Source of the DNA: an uncultured Gammaproteobacteria bacterium
GTDB lineage: Bacteria > Patescibacteriota > Microgenomatia > Levybacterales > UBA12049
Direction: 5' to 3'
Assembly (NCBI GenBank): GCA_964503265.1
Contig: CAZCYO010000002.1
Location: 66,604 to 130,603 of the forward strand
DNA length: 64,000 nucleotides
Position numbers and translations under genes: made by a program. Positions 16,189-24,496 of the stretch are shown here, one piece after another (position 1 is the stretch's first letter; the number at the start of each line of letters is the position of its first letter). The notes beneath the pieces were generated by a model. It did not search any database. It had not been told where the DNA came from and saw only the letters and a program-made list of their open reading frames with translations.

Positions 16189-16539
16189 ATGGCAAGAGTA
16201 AAACGAGGTATTGTTTCAAGACGCAAACACAATAAACTACTTGGATTAACCAAGGGTTTTCGTGGTACAAAAAGCAGTCTTATTAAAACAGCACATGAAG
16301 CTGCACTTCACGCTGGAGCATATGCATTCCATGGACGAAAATTACGAAAACGAGATATTCGATCTCTATGGATTATTAGAATTGGTGAAGCAGTTAAAAA
16401 AGAAAGTCTTTCATACAGTAAATTTATTGATATGCTTAAAAAAGCAAATGTTGAACTTGATAGAAAGATTCTAAGTGATCTTATCGTAAACCATCCTGAA
16501 ACATTTAAAAAAGTTCTTGACAGTGTTAAAACTGCTTGA
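16189..16539 (+). CDS. rplT: 50S ribosomal protein L20
   Basis: MARVKRGIVSRRKHNKLL... 116 aa. Confidence 0.9.
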   Translation: MARVKRGIVSRRKHNKLLGLTKGFRGTKSSLIKTAHEAALHAGAYAFHGRKLRKRDIRSLWIIRIGEAVKKESLSYSKFIDMLKKANVELDRKILSDLIVNHPETFKKVLDSVKTA

Positions 16540-16708
16540 TAAGCTAATACCCATGATCACAACACGACAATCATATTTCTATTTTTACTTTACTTCCTTA
16601 ACCGGGAGGTCTTTTGCTGTCTAAGCAAGAAAAGTAAAACATAGACACAAAAGAGTACACCTCCCACACGGGAGGTTTTTTTATGGGAAAAATAAGAAAG
16701 GAATCACT
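16517..16708 (+). promoter_or_regulatory. Attenuator module D (Phe/Tyr leader, pheM-like): TTGACA-17-TAAGCT, leader ORF, hairpin 1 (16593-16609), hairpin 2 (16661-16682), mini-ORF MGKIRKESLCQE overlapping next start
   Basis: -35 16517-16522 overlaps rplT stop; leader ATG 16553; hairpin 2 CCUCCCA-CAC-GGGAGG + U7 then ATG 16683. Confidence 0.55.
16553..16624 (+). CDS. Leader peptide D, MITTRQSYFYFYFTSLTGRSFAV (Phe/Tyr run; compare E. coli PheM [15 protein letters not shown])
   Basis: Six consecutive Tyr/Phe codons 16574-16591 end 1 nt before hairpin-1 5' arm CUUCC. Confidence 0.45.
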   Translation: MITTRQSYFYFYFTSLTGRSFAV

Positions 16709-17662
16709 ATGCCAGGAATAGAAATGCGACATCATTCAGTTGAAATTATTGCAGGACCATGCTCAATGGATGAGAAAAACAGAGGAGAAATAGATACCAT
16801 TGCAGGGATTAGTTTACCTGACGGCCGTCCTGCCATTTATGGAACACGTGTGGTCGGATATAAATCACGAACAGAGTTAGATCCTTCAGGGAAAGGAATG
16901 GGGGTCGATTATCATGCAGTCGAACATGCGTTAGATACGAATGAACTAGGAGATGATCCACAAAGTGTAATGTGGGCACGGGAAATCGTAAAAGATACTG
17001 GCCTTCAAATTGCAACTGAAATTATGGTTCCTCATATTCAATTAGGATATTTTCAACGAGACCCGCTATTTCAAGGCAAACTATTACCATGGAATCCATC
17101 AGTTGATCAATTAGGACCTCATATGAGGCAAATGGGGAAATTTGCAATTAAAAATGAGTGGAGACTAGGTATAAAAAATGGAAAAGATTTAGGAGTAACC
17201 CCAAGTGTTGCAAATGATAAGAATGGCCGAGCACCTACCCCTCTTGAAAAAACATGGGGAGGACTTGCCACATGGGCACATGGATTAGATGAAAGTAATT
17301 TGGTTTTCATACAACGTGGAGTAAATATTCCTGAGAGAGGAGATCATAGAAACCTTCCAATACATGAAGCGACACGGCGAATTAAAGAAAGGTTTCCACA
17401 TGCTATTACATTATTTGATCCAAGTCATAGCTTTGGACCGAAGATGCGAGATCAAATTGTAGAAGGAAGTATAGATGCATTACGAATGACAGCAGGGAGT
17501 AGACCACTATATGATGGACTACTTATTGAAGCAGGGAGCTCAGATACTGATACAGACCAACATATTACCATTCAAGAACTTACCGAACTTGTTGATACCG
17601 TTCAACGGATTAGAGATGTTCGCACACGAGAACCACACAACTTCTATCAAAGAAGGGCGTAG
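16709..17662 (+). CDS. 3-deoxy-7-phosphoheptulonate (DAHP) synthase, class I-alpha (AroG-like)
   Basis: IIAGPCSMDE (GPCS), KSRT (KPRT analogue), KTWGGLATWAHG...FIQRGVN, LFDPSHS, GLLIEAG line up with E. coli AroG blocks. Confidence 0.6.
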   Translation: MPGIEMRHHSVEIIAGPCSMDEKNRGEIDTIAGISLPDGRPAIYGTRVVGYKSRTELDPSGKGMGVDYHAVEHALDTNELGDDPQSVMWAREIVKDTGLQIATEIMVPHIQLGYFQRDPLFQGKLLPWNPSVDQLGPHMRQMGKFAIKNEWRLGIKNGKDLGVTPSVANDKNGRAPTPLEKTWGGLATWAHGLDESNLVFIQRGVNIPERGDHRNLPIHEATRRIKERFPHAITLFDPSHSFGPKMRDQIVEGSIDALRMTAGSRPLYDGLLIEAGSSDTDTDQHITIQELTELVDTVQRIRDVRTREPHNFYQRRA

Positions 17663-17685
17663 TAGTACATAAAACATATTCAATT

Positions 17686-18645
17686 GTGTCGGTCACACAG
17701 TTGCAGTATAATGAGCTAGTTATGAAAAATGAAATGATTTTTATCGATGGCAAATTTGTTTTAGAAACTGATGCGAGAATATCGCTTAAAACACATGCAC
17801 TCCAGTATGGAACTGGCTGCTTTGAAGGAATTAGAGCGTACTATTCAGAAGAAGACGATGCGCTCTATGCATTTAGAGTAGAAGATCATTTTAGGAGATT
17901 TCTTAAATCATGTCATATACTGTTTATGAAACTTCCATATTCTGTTGAGGAATTAACGACATTTACTATCGAACTCTTAAAAAAGAACTATGACAAAACA
18001 GATATTTATATTAGGCCATTCGCTTTTAAATCTGAACCGACAGTCAGTAGTTTTAATCTTCAAACTCTTAAAACAAGTGTAGCGATCTATACAATCGCGA
18101 TGGGAAGATATCTCGATACAAAAGGTCTGAAAGCAAATATCTCTACCTGGAAAAGAGTCAATGACAATGCAATTCCACCTCGTGCAAAGATTACTGGCTC
18201 ATATATAAATACAGCACTTGCTAAAACAGAATCTCAGCTGAACGGATATGACGAAGCATTATTTTTAGATGAATCTGGCCATGTCGTCGAAGGAAGTGCA
18301 GAGAATATTTTCATTATTAAAGGAAATACTTTGATTACTCCATCTATCTCTGAAGATATTCTTCAGGGAATCACGAGGGAAACTATTATGATGTTAGCTC
18401 GTGATCATACTAATCTCACACTTGTCGAAAGAAGTATCGGGCGAACAGAACTATATCAAGCTGATGAAGTATTTTTAGTAGGAACGGGAGCCGAAGTAGC
18501 ACCAGTTATCGAAATTGATAAACGTGAAATTGGTACAGGTAAAACAGGACCACATACAGAAAAGATAAAAGATCTTTATTTTAAACTCGTTCATGGACAG
18601 TTACCAGAATATAAACAGTTATTTACCAAAATAACGTCTGACTAA
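17686..18645 (+). CDS. ilvE: Class IV PLP aminotransferase (branched-chain/aromatic amino-acid aminotransferase)
   Basis: EVFLVGTGAEVAPV and GSAENIFIIKGN motifs; probable start ATG 17722 (TTGTGT-17-TATAAT 9 nt upstream). Confidence 0.7.
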   Translation: MSVTQLQYNELVMKNEMIFIDGKFVLETDARISLKTHALQYGTGCFEGIRAYYSEEDDALYAFRVEDHFRRFLKSCHILFMKLPYSVEELTTFTIELLKKNYDKTDIYIRPFAFKSEPTVSSFNLQTLKTSVAIYTIAMGRYLDTKGLKANISTWKRVNDNAIPPRAKITGSYINTALAKTESQLNGYDEALFLDESGHVVEGSAENIFIIKGNTLITPSISEDILQGITRETIMMLARDHTNLTLVERSIGRTELYQADEVFLVGTGAEVAPVIEIDKREIGTGKTGPHTEKIKDLYFKLVHGQLPEYKQLFTKITSD

Positions 18646-18647
18646 AC

Positions 18648-18721
18648 GTCATTCTGGAGCGCAGCGATAGAATCTCACATATTTTGAGATCCTATCAAAG
18701 TCGTTGCTTTTCCAGGATGAC
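18648..18721. repeat. REP-like imperfect palindromic element, copy 1 (GTCATTCTGGAG...CCAGGATGAC)
   Basis: 74-nt near-palindrome; reverse complement of copy at 21846-21917 aligns over almost entire length. Confidence 0.5.
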
Positions 18722-18734
18722 AGAGTAATAAAAT

Positions 18735-19787
18735 ATGGAAGATAAACTTAATTCTATTAAAAACGCAGCGCTTCCTCTTGTTTTGGATGCGAAATCTGCC
18801 AAAGAACTTGAAGATATTAAACTACAATTTTTAGGCAGAAGTGGACTCTTAACCGTAGCTCTTAAAGAACTCTCAAGTGTTCCAGCAGAAAAAAGGCCAG
18901 AAATCGGACGAGTTGCCAATGAAGTAAAACAGACGATAGAAAATGCGATAGAGTCGGTTGCAGAATCATTTATTAAACAAAAAAGACAACATAAAACGAA
19001 ACTTGACGTAACCGAGCCTGGAATAAGACCTTCTCTTGGGAATCTTCATCTGGTAACACAGGCGATAGAAGAAATTACTGCTATTTTTAATTCAATTGGA
19101 TTTACACGAGTTCGATATCCAGAAGTAGAATGGGATTGGTATGCTTTTGAGGCTCTTAATTTTCCTGAAAACCATCCAGCACGTGATGACTGGGAAACGT
19201 TTTTTATTAAACAGTCACCTGATGCTAAAAAAGGACCTGTCATTTTAACTCCGCATACCTCAAGTGGACAAATTCGTGAAATGGAAAAAGGAATACTTCC
19301 AATTAAAATGCTTAACATCGCTAAATGTTATCGAAGACAATCAGATGTTTCTCACTCATCGATGTTTCATCAATTTGAAACATTATGTGTCGGTGAAAAT
19401 GTCTCTATTGCAGATCTTAAAGGAGCACTTGATTACTTTGCCAAATCGTATTTCGGAGAAAAAAGAAAAACGAGAATCAGGCCATATCATTTCCAATTCA
19501 CCGAACCGTCTTTTGAGGTAGATATCTCATGTGGAATTTGTAATGGTACTGCTAAACTTGAGAATGGTGAGCCATGCAAACTATGTAAATCAGGATGGCT
19601 GGAGTTAGGTGGAGCAGGAATGGTTCATCCAAATGTATTAAAATATTGTGGTATCGATTCAACCAAATATACAGGATTTGCATCAGGATTTGGTGTTGAG
19701 CGAGTACTGATGATGAAAGATGGAATAGAACTCGATGATTTACGGCTCATTTACAGCCCTAAACTTGAGTTTTTACAACAGTTCTAA
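18735..19787 (+). CDS. pheS: Phenylalanyl-tRNA synthetase alpha subunit
   Basis: Class II motifs in a pheS-length ORF directly followed by pheT. Confidence 0.9.
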   Translation: MEDKLNSIKNAALPLVLDAKSAKELEDIKLQFLGRSGLLTVALKELSSVPAEKRPEIGRVANEVKQTIENAIESVAESFIKQKRQHKTKLDVTEPGIRPSLGNLHLVTQAIEEITAIFNSIGFTRVRYPEVEWDWYAFEALNFPENHPARDDWETFFIKQSPDAKKGPVILTPHTSSGQIREMEKGILPIKMLNIAKCYRRQSDVSHSSMFHQFETLCVGENVSIADLKGALDYFAKSYFGEKRKTRIRPYHFQFTEPSFEVDISCGICNGTAKLENGEPCKLCKSGWLELGGAGMVHPNVLKYCGIDSTKYTGFASGFGVERVLMMKDGIELDDLRLIYSPKLEFLQQF

Positions 19788-19830
19788 TTTTAGCAAAAAG
19801 CATAGAGCAAAGGGCTAAGAGAAATACCCT

Positions 19831-21813
19831 ATGCACTATGCTCAAAGCTCTAAGCAATTTATGGATATAAAATTACTTGATAGTCACGTACGTGAATTTT
19901 TAAAAACAAATGCGACAGCGAAAGAAATCGCTGAGAAGCTAACATTAACCAGTCTTTCTGTCGAAAAGGTAGAGAAATGGAAAGAAGACTATATTTATCA
20001 TGCGGAAGTTATGACGAACAGACCGGATCTTGCATCAGTGGTCGGATTTGCGAGAGAGGCAAGTGCGGTCCTTCCACAACATGGAATTAAGGCTAACTTT
20101 GTACGTCCTGAGATTGAAAAAGCCACAACGGTAAAACAGCCAGTATCAATCACAATTAAAAGTAACGATAAACTTATTTATCGAATTTGTGCAGTTGTCA
20201 TGGAAGTCGAAATAGGGGAGTCGCCAGACTTTATAAAAAAACGTCTTGAAGCAGCAGATATAAGAAGCCTCAATAATGTAATCGACATTACAAATTACGT
20301 CATGCGAACGATTGGACATCCAGCACATGTTTTTGATTATGATAGACTCCCAAATCACACAGTCAACATTAGAGAATCTAAAAAAGGAGAACAGCTCACG
20401 ACGCTTGATCATAAGACGCATACGCTTCTGGGTGGAGATATCGTAGCTGACGATGGAAACGGGAATATTATCGATCTTATCGGCATTATGGGGCTTGAGA
20501 ATAGCGTTGTTACAAAAGAAACGAAACGAATTCTTTTCTTTATCGATAATAATGATGTAAACAAAATTAGAAATACGTCTATGAACCTAGGGATTCGTAC
20601 GGACGCAGCACAGTTAAATGAAAAAGAATTAGATCCAGAGCTAGCTATGGAAGCACTTCTTTATGGGATATCTCTATATAAAGAGCTAGCTCACGCAAAA
20701 GAGTTATCAGACATTATCGATATCTATCCGCATCCTAAAAAAATATCTTCAGTAACTGTCAGTGAAGAAAAAATTCAACAAGTCATCGGTGTACCTATTA
20801 CGCTTAAACAATCAAAGGAGATTCTTGAAAACCTCGGTTTTCAAGTTGAACTAAAAGGAGAATCGATCACTGTTACTCCATCATCTTTGCGAAGTAAAGA
20901 TATTCTTATTCCAGAAGATGTTATTGAAGAAATTGCTCGAATTTACGGATATCATTTGATTCCAAACAAATTACCATCATTTGTTGAACAACAGATTAAA
21001 AATCCCGAAAATAACGAATTCTTCTGGGAATCACACATTAAACACGCGATGAAGTATTGGGGATTTACTGAAGTTTTCACGTATTCAATGGTTAGTGAAA
21101 ATCTCTACGAAGGTCCATTAGAAGATGCAGTTACTATTTCAAATCCACTGAGTGAAGATATGATGTATTTACGTTGCACACTCGTTCCAAGCTTACTCCA
21201 AGTGCTTTCAGAAAATAAAACGACAGAGCAAATAAACATATTTGAAATAGCAAATGTGTACCATAAAAAAGAAAAGAGTTTACCACAAGAAATACTGACA
21301 TTTGCTGGAGTTATTAAAAAACCTAAAATCTCTTTCTTTGAAATAAAAGGCATCGTCGAACAACTCGCAAAAGATTTAGGGATCAGAGACATCTCGTTTA
21401 AAAATAATGAGGATGCAAATGAAGTCGAGATCTATAGTCAAAAAACACATATCGGAAATATCGAAATATTAGGTGACGATCTTATTAACTTCGAACTAAA
21501 TGCAAAACTACTAATCGATATGGCAACGACAAAGAAAGTATACACGCCACTTTCCAAATATCCCTCTGCTTCAGAAGATATAACAGTAATTTCAACTCCT
21601 GAAACATTGGCAGATGAGATCATCCATCTGATAAAAAGACAAAGTACTCTTATTAAAGAAATAACACTTTTTGATAAATACCAAGACGCACGAACTTTTA
21701 GAATTACCTATCAAAGTAATCAGAAAAATTTAACAACAGAAGATATAAAACCAATTCGCGAAAAAATAGTTTCATCACTCAAATCAGAACTCCACGCCAA
21801 GATAAAAGAATAG
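19831..21813 (+). CDS. pheT: Phenylalanyl-tRNA synthetase beta subunit (short form; start may be ATG 19861)
   Basis: ...AKEIAEKLTLTSLSVEKVE, B3/4 and B5 domain order; 660 aa. Confidence 0.85.
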   Translation: MHYAQSSKQFMDIKLLDSHVREFLKTNATAKEIAEKLTLTSLSVEKVEKWKEDYIYHAEVMTNRPDLASVVGFAREASAVLPQHGIKANFVRPEIEKATTVKQPVSITIKSNDKLIYRICAVVMEVEIGESPDFIKKRLEAADIRSLNNVIDITNYVMRTIGHPAHVFDYDRLPNHTVNIRESKKGEQLTTLDHKTHTLLGGDIVADDGNGNIIDLIGIMGLENSVVTKETKRILFFIDNNDVNKIRNTSMNLGIRTDAAQLNEKELDPELAMEALLYGISLYKELAHAKELSDIIDIYPHPKKISSVTVSEEKIQQVIGVPITLKQSKEILENLGFQVELKGESITVTPSSLRSKDILIPEDVIEEIARIYGYHLIPNKLPSFVEQQIKNPENNEFFWESHIKHAMKYWGFTEVFTYSMVSENLYEGPLEDAVTISNPLSEDMMYLRCTLVPSLLQVLSENKTTEQINIFEIANVYHKKEKSLPQEILTFAGVIKKPKISFFEIKGIVEQLAKDLGIRDISFKNNEDANEVEIYSQKTHIGNIEILGDDLINFELNAKLLIDMATTKKVYTPLSKYPSASEDITVISTPETLADEIIHLIKRQSTLIKEITLFDKYQDARTFRITYQSNQKNLTTEDIKPIREKIVSSLKSELHAKIKE

Positions 21814-21845
21814 TTAGCACGTCATCTCCCAGAGGGAGTCTGTGA

Positions 21846-21917
21846 CCTGGAGCAAAGCGATAGGATCTCATACAATGTGGGATTCTATCATGGTCGCTGC
21901 CATTCCAGAATGACAAG
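21846..21917. repeat. REP-like palindromic element, copy 2 (inverted relative to copy 1)
   Basis: CCTGGAGCAAAGCGATAGGATCTCA...GGGATTCTATCATGGTCGCTGCCATTCCAGAATGAC. Confidence 0.5.
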
Positions 21918-21968
21918 AACAAAAATAACTATGAGAAACAATTTTACTTAGTATCAATTGCATGTGTA

Positions 21969-24260
21969 TTACGGCGTCGCTGTTGGAGTAGGAGTTGCAT
22001 CTACTTGTTGTGCTTGACCGCTATTCGCATTCTTTAATTCATCTGGTGGATTCCAGAGCTCTTCACCTTTATGGTTTTGCTCAATCCACGCTGTAATTCC
22101 TTCTTGCCAGCGATTTTTTCCATCTGTTGAAACTGGATCATCTTCTTGAAATACGACAAATTGTTTTCCGTCTTTAGACTTGTACGCTGGTGATTCTGTG
22201 GTTGGTTCTGTTCCTTTAATAAAATATTCAGAACGAGTTGACTGGCCACCATGAGGAAGACCACCAGCTAATGCATCAATTTGTAAAGCATTTACCGAGT
22301 CGGGTTTGTATGGTTGTTCATCAGGTTTTCCTTTAAGAACTGCAGTCATGATTTTATTCCAAATAGGACTTGCACCTGTAATACCAGAGGCGATTTTTTG
22401 ATTCATGGGTGAGTTATCATTATTTCCAACCCATACACCCACAACATACGAAGGAGTATATCCAAGTGTCCAGTTATCTCGTTTTTCATCGGTAGTTCCT
22501 GTTTTAACTGATACAGTTTTACCCGACACGACAAGAGCTGAATTTGTTCCAAATTCAAGTGCGCGCGCACTATTATCTAAGAGGATATGTGAGATAAGAA
22601 AAGAAATTTCAGCAGAAAGTACTTGAGGCCCATCTTTTTTCTTATATTCATAAAGGACATGACCATTTCCATCTTCTACTTTAAGAATGCCTACTAAGTC
22701 TTGTTTTACTCCACGATTGGCAAATACACCATATGCTTCCATCTCGTCCATTAATGTCGTTTCACGCCCTCCTAAAACCAGAGACAGACCAACATTTGCC
22801 ATGTTGGCTGTAGTTGGCTCCCACTGAGAAATTCCCATATCATATGCTTTTTGCATCGCAGATTTAATACCAACTTTCGCAAGCATTTTAACTGCTGGAA
22901 TATTCATAGAATTAGCAAGAGCATATCTGACTTGAACTGGTCCATGAAATTTTCCATCATAATTTACAGGTGAGTAGGGAGGTTGTGTGTCTGACGGATC
23001 CCCAGTCGTAAAATCTGTTTTAACGTCCATGAGAACCGTTGCAGGTGTATATCCTTTTTCAAAAGCCGTTGCATAGATAATCGGTTTTAGCGAAGAACCA
23101 GGTTGTCTATTTCCTTTAACAGCTACATTAAAATTTCCATCATTATTCTCATCAAAATAATCTTTACTGCCAACCATAGTTAGAATCTCTCCAGTCTTTG
23201 GATCAGTAACCATTGCAGCACCATTACCCACTCGATATGATTTCAAATCATCAATTTCATTTTTAACAATTTCTTCAGCTTTTTCCTGAAGTTTGTAATC
23301 AAGTGACGTAGTTATTTTAAGCCCTCCTGCTTCAAGTGCTTGCTCACCAAATTGTTCAGCTATTTTTTCTTTAATATACATGACAAAATGTGGCGCTTTA
23401 ATCCCTGTAGCGTGTTGGGAGAATGTCATTTTTTGGATTGATACAAGAGCGGCATCACTTTGTTTTTGGGAAATGAATTTATCTTCAACCATTTGCTTAA
23501 GTACAGCTTTAGCTCTATCAATGTAATATTTGTTTCCGGTAAATGGAGAATAGACACTAGGACTCTGTGGTAATCCAGCTAGGAGCGCTGATTCGGCAAG
23601 CGTTAATTCCTTTGCTTTTTTTCCAAAATACGTTTCAGATGCTGCTTCAATACCAACAGCTGCGCCACCGTAAGGAATATTATTTAAATACATCTCAAGA
23701 ATCTGATCCTTACTATATCTCTTATTAACTTGAATCGCTAAAATAAATTCTTTAATCTTTCGAGAAGGTGTGCGCCTGGCATCTTGAAGTAGCGCAATTT
23801 TTACTAACTGCTGAGTTATCGTTGATGCACCTGCAAGTCCTTTTCCAGTTAAGAAATTTTTAAGTACTCGTACATATCCAATCGGTGAGAAACCATTGTT
23901 CTTATAAAAGTCTTTATCTTCAATTGCGATGGTTGCTTCTTGGAGAGTTTTTGGAATATCTGAGAGTTTTATATATGTACGGTTCTGGTCCGTATATACT
24001 GAATAGAGAAGCGTACCATTTCGATCATAGATACCTGATGAGTTTTTTGTATTTGATGCTACAAGTTTTCCAGGAGTTGGAAGATCTCGACTAAACCACA
24101 AGAACATCAGAGGGATAATCACGATTAGAGAAAGAAGCCCAAAGAAAATATATTTTGTTATACGACTAACGAGAAAAATAGTTTTTGGATCACGGAGGTT
24201 AAATTCAGTAACACTACTGTTTTTTACTCTACGCCGACTACGCTGACTGTAATCAACCAT
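21969..24260 (-). CDS. Class A penicillin-binding protein (transglycosylase + transpeptidase)
   Basis: GT51 motifs (ITQQLVK), SxN (SMN), KTGT; track ORF N-terminal extension to 24476 rejected: ATG 24260 gives signal-anchor MVDYSQRSRRRVKN... and leaves promoter region. Confidence 0.8.
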   Translation of the reverse strand: MVDYSQRSRRRVKNSSVTEFNLRDPKTIFLVSRITKYIFFGLLSLIVIIPLMFLWFSRDLPTPGKLVASNTKNSSGIYDRNGTLLYSVYTDQNRTYIKLSDIPKTLQEATIAIEDKDFYKNNGFSPIGYVRVLKNFLTGKGLAGASTITQQLVKIALLQDARRTPSRKIKEFILAIQVNKRYSKDQILEMYLNNIPYGGAAVGIEAASETYFGKKAKELTLAESALLAGLPQSPSVYSPFTGNKYYIDRAKAVLKQMVEDKFISQKQSDAALVSIQKMTFSQHATGIKAPHFVMYIKEKIAEQFGEQALEAGGLKITTSLDYKLQEKAEEIVKNEIDDLKSYRVGNGAAMVTDPKTGEILTMVGSKDYFDENNDGNFNVAVKGNRQPGSSLKPIIYATAFEKGYTPATVLMDVKTDFTTGDPSDTQPPYSPVNYDGKFHGPVQVRYALANSMNIPAVKMLAKVGIKSAMQKAYDMGISQWEPTTANMANVGLSLVLGGRETTLMDEMEAYGVFANRGVKQDLVGILKVEDGNGHVLYEYKKKDGPQVLSAEISFLISHILLDNSARALEFGTNSALVVSGKTVSVKTGTTDEKRDNWTLGYTPSYVVGVWVGNNDNSPMNQKIASGITGASPIWNKIMTAVLKGKPDEQPYKPDSVNALQIDALAGGLPHGGQSTRSEYFIKGTEPTTESPAYKSKDGKQFVVFQEDDPVSTDGKNRWQEGITAWIEQNHKGEELWNPPDELKNANSGQAQQVDATPTPTATP

Positions 24261-24291
24261 ATAGTTTAGTATAGCAAAAATAGAAAGAAAA

Positions 24292-24466
24292 CTCGAATAT
24301 CGAAGCACGAAATACGAAACGCACATTACCATCTCGGTAAATGGTATCGAAACTCGTATCGTTAAGCGTAAAACGTTATTCCTAACCAAACATCGATACA
24401 AGCATCCATACCGACAAACAAAAAAATCGCATTCTTTCGTTTCGGATTTCGAAATTTGGTATTCGA
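24292..24466. repeat. Cluster of 8-bp-periodic TTCGAA-type palindromic repeats in PBP/tyrS divergent promoter region
   Basis: CTCGAATATCGAAGCACGAAATACGAAACG ... TTTCGTTTCGGATTTCGAAATTTGGTATTCGAG; related block at 48751-48823. Confidence 0.35.
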
Positions 24467-24496
24467 GTTTTATCATGTCTATGATATACTTTTGCT

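Noticed and set aside
24261-24476. 72-aa N-terminal extension of the PBP ORF
   Set aside because: It covers the repeat-rich divergent promoter region. ATG 24260 gives a typical cytoplasmic tail plus signal anchor (MVDYSQRSRRRVKN...IFFGLLSLIVIIPLMFLWF) and is preceded by TTCGAG-18-TATACT.
24290-24496. T-box riboswitch upstream of tyrS
   Set aside because: I looked for the conserved T-box sequence (AGGGUGGNACCGCG) and a UAC specifier loop and found neither. The tyrS ATG sits 7 nt after a TATACT box, so the mRNA is leaderless.
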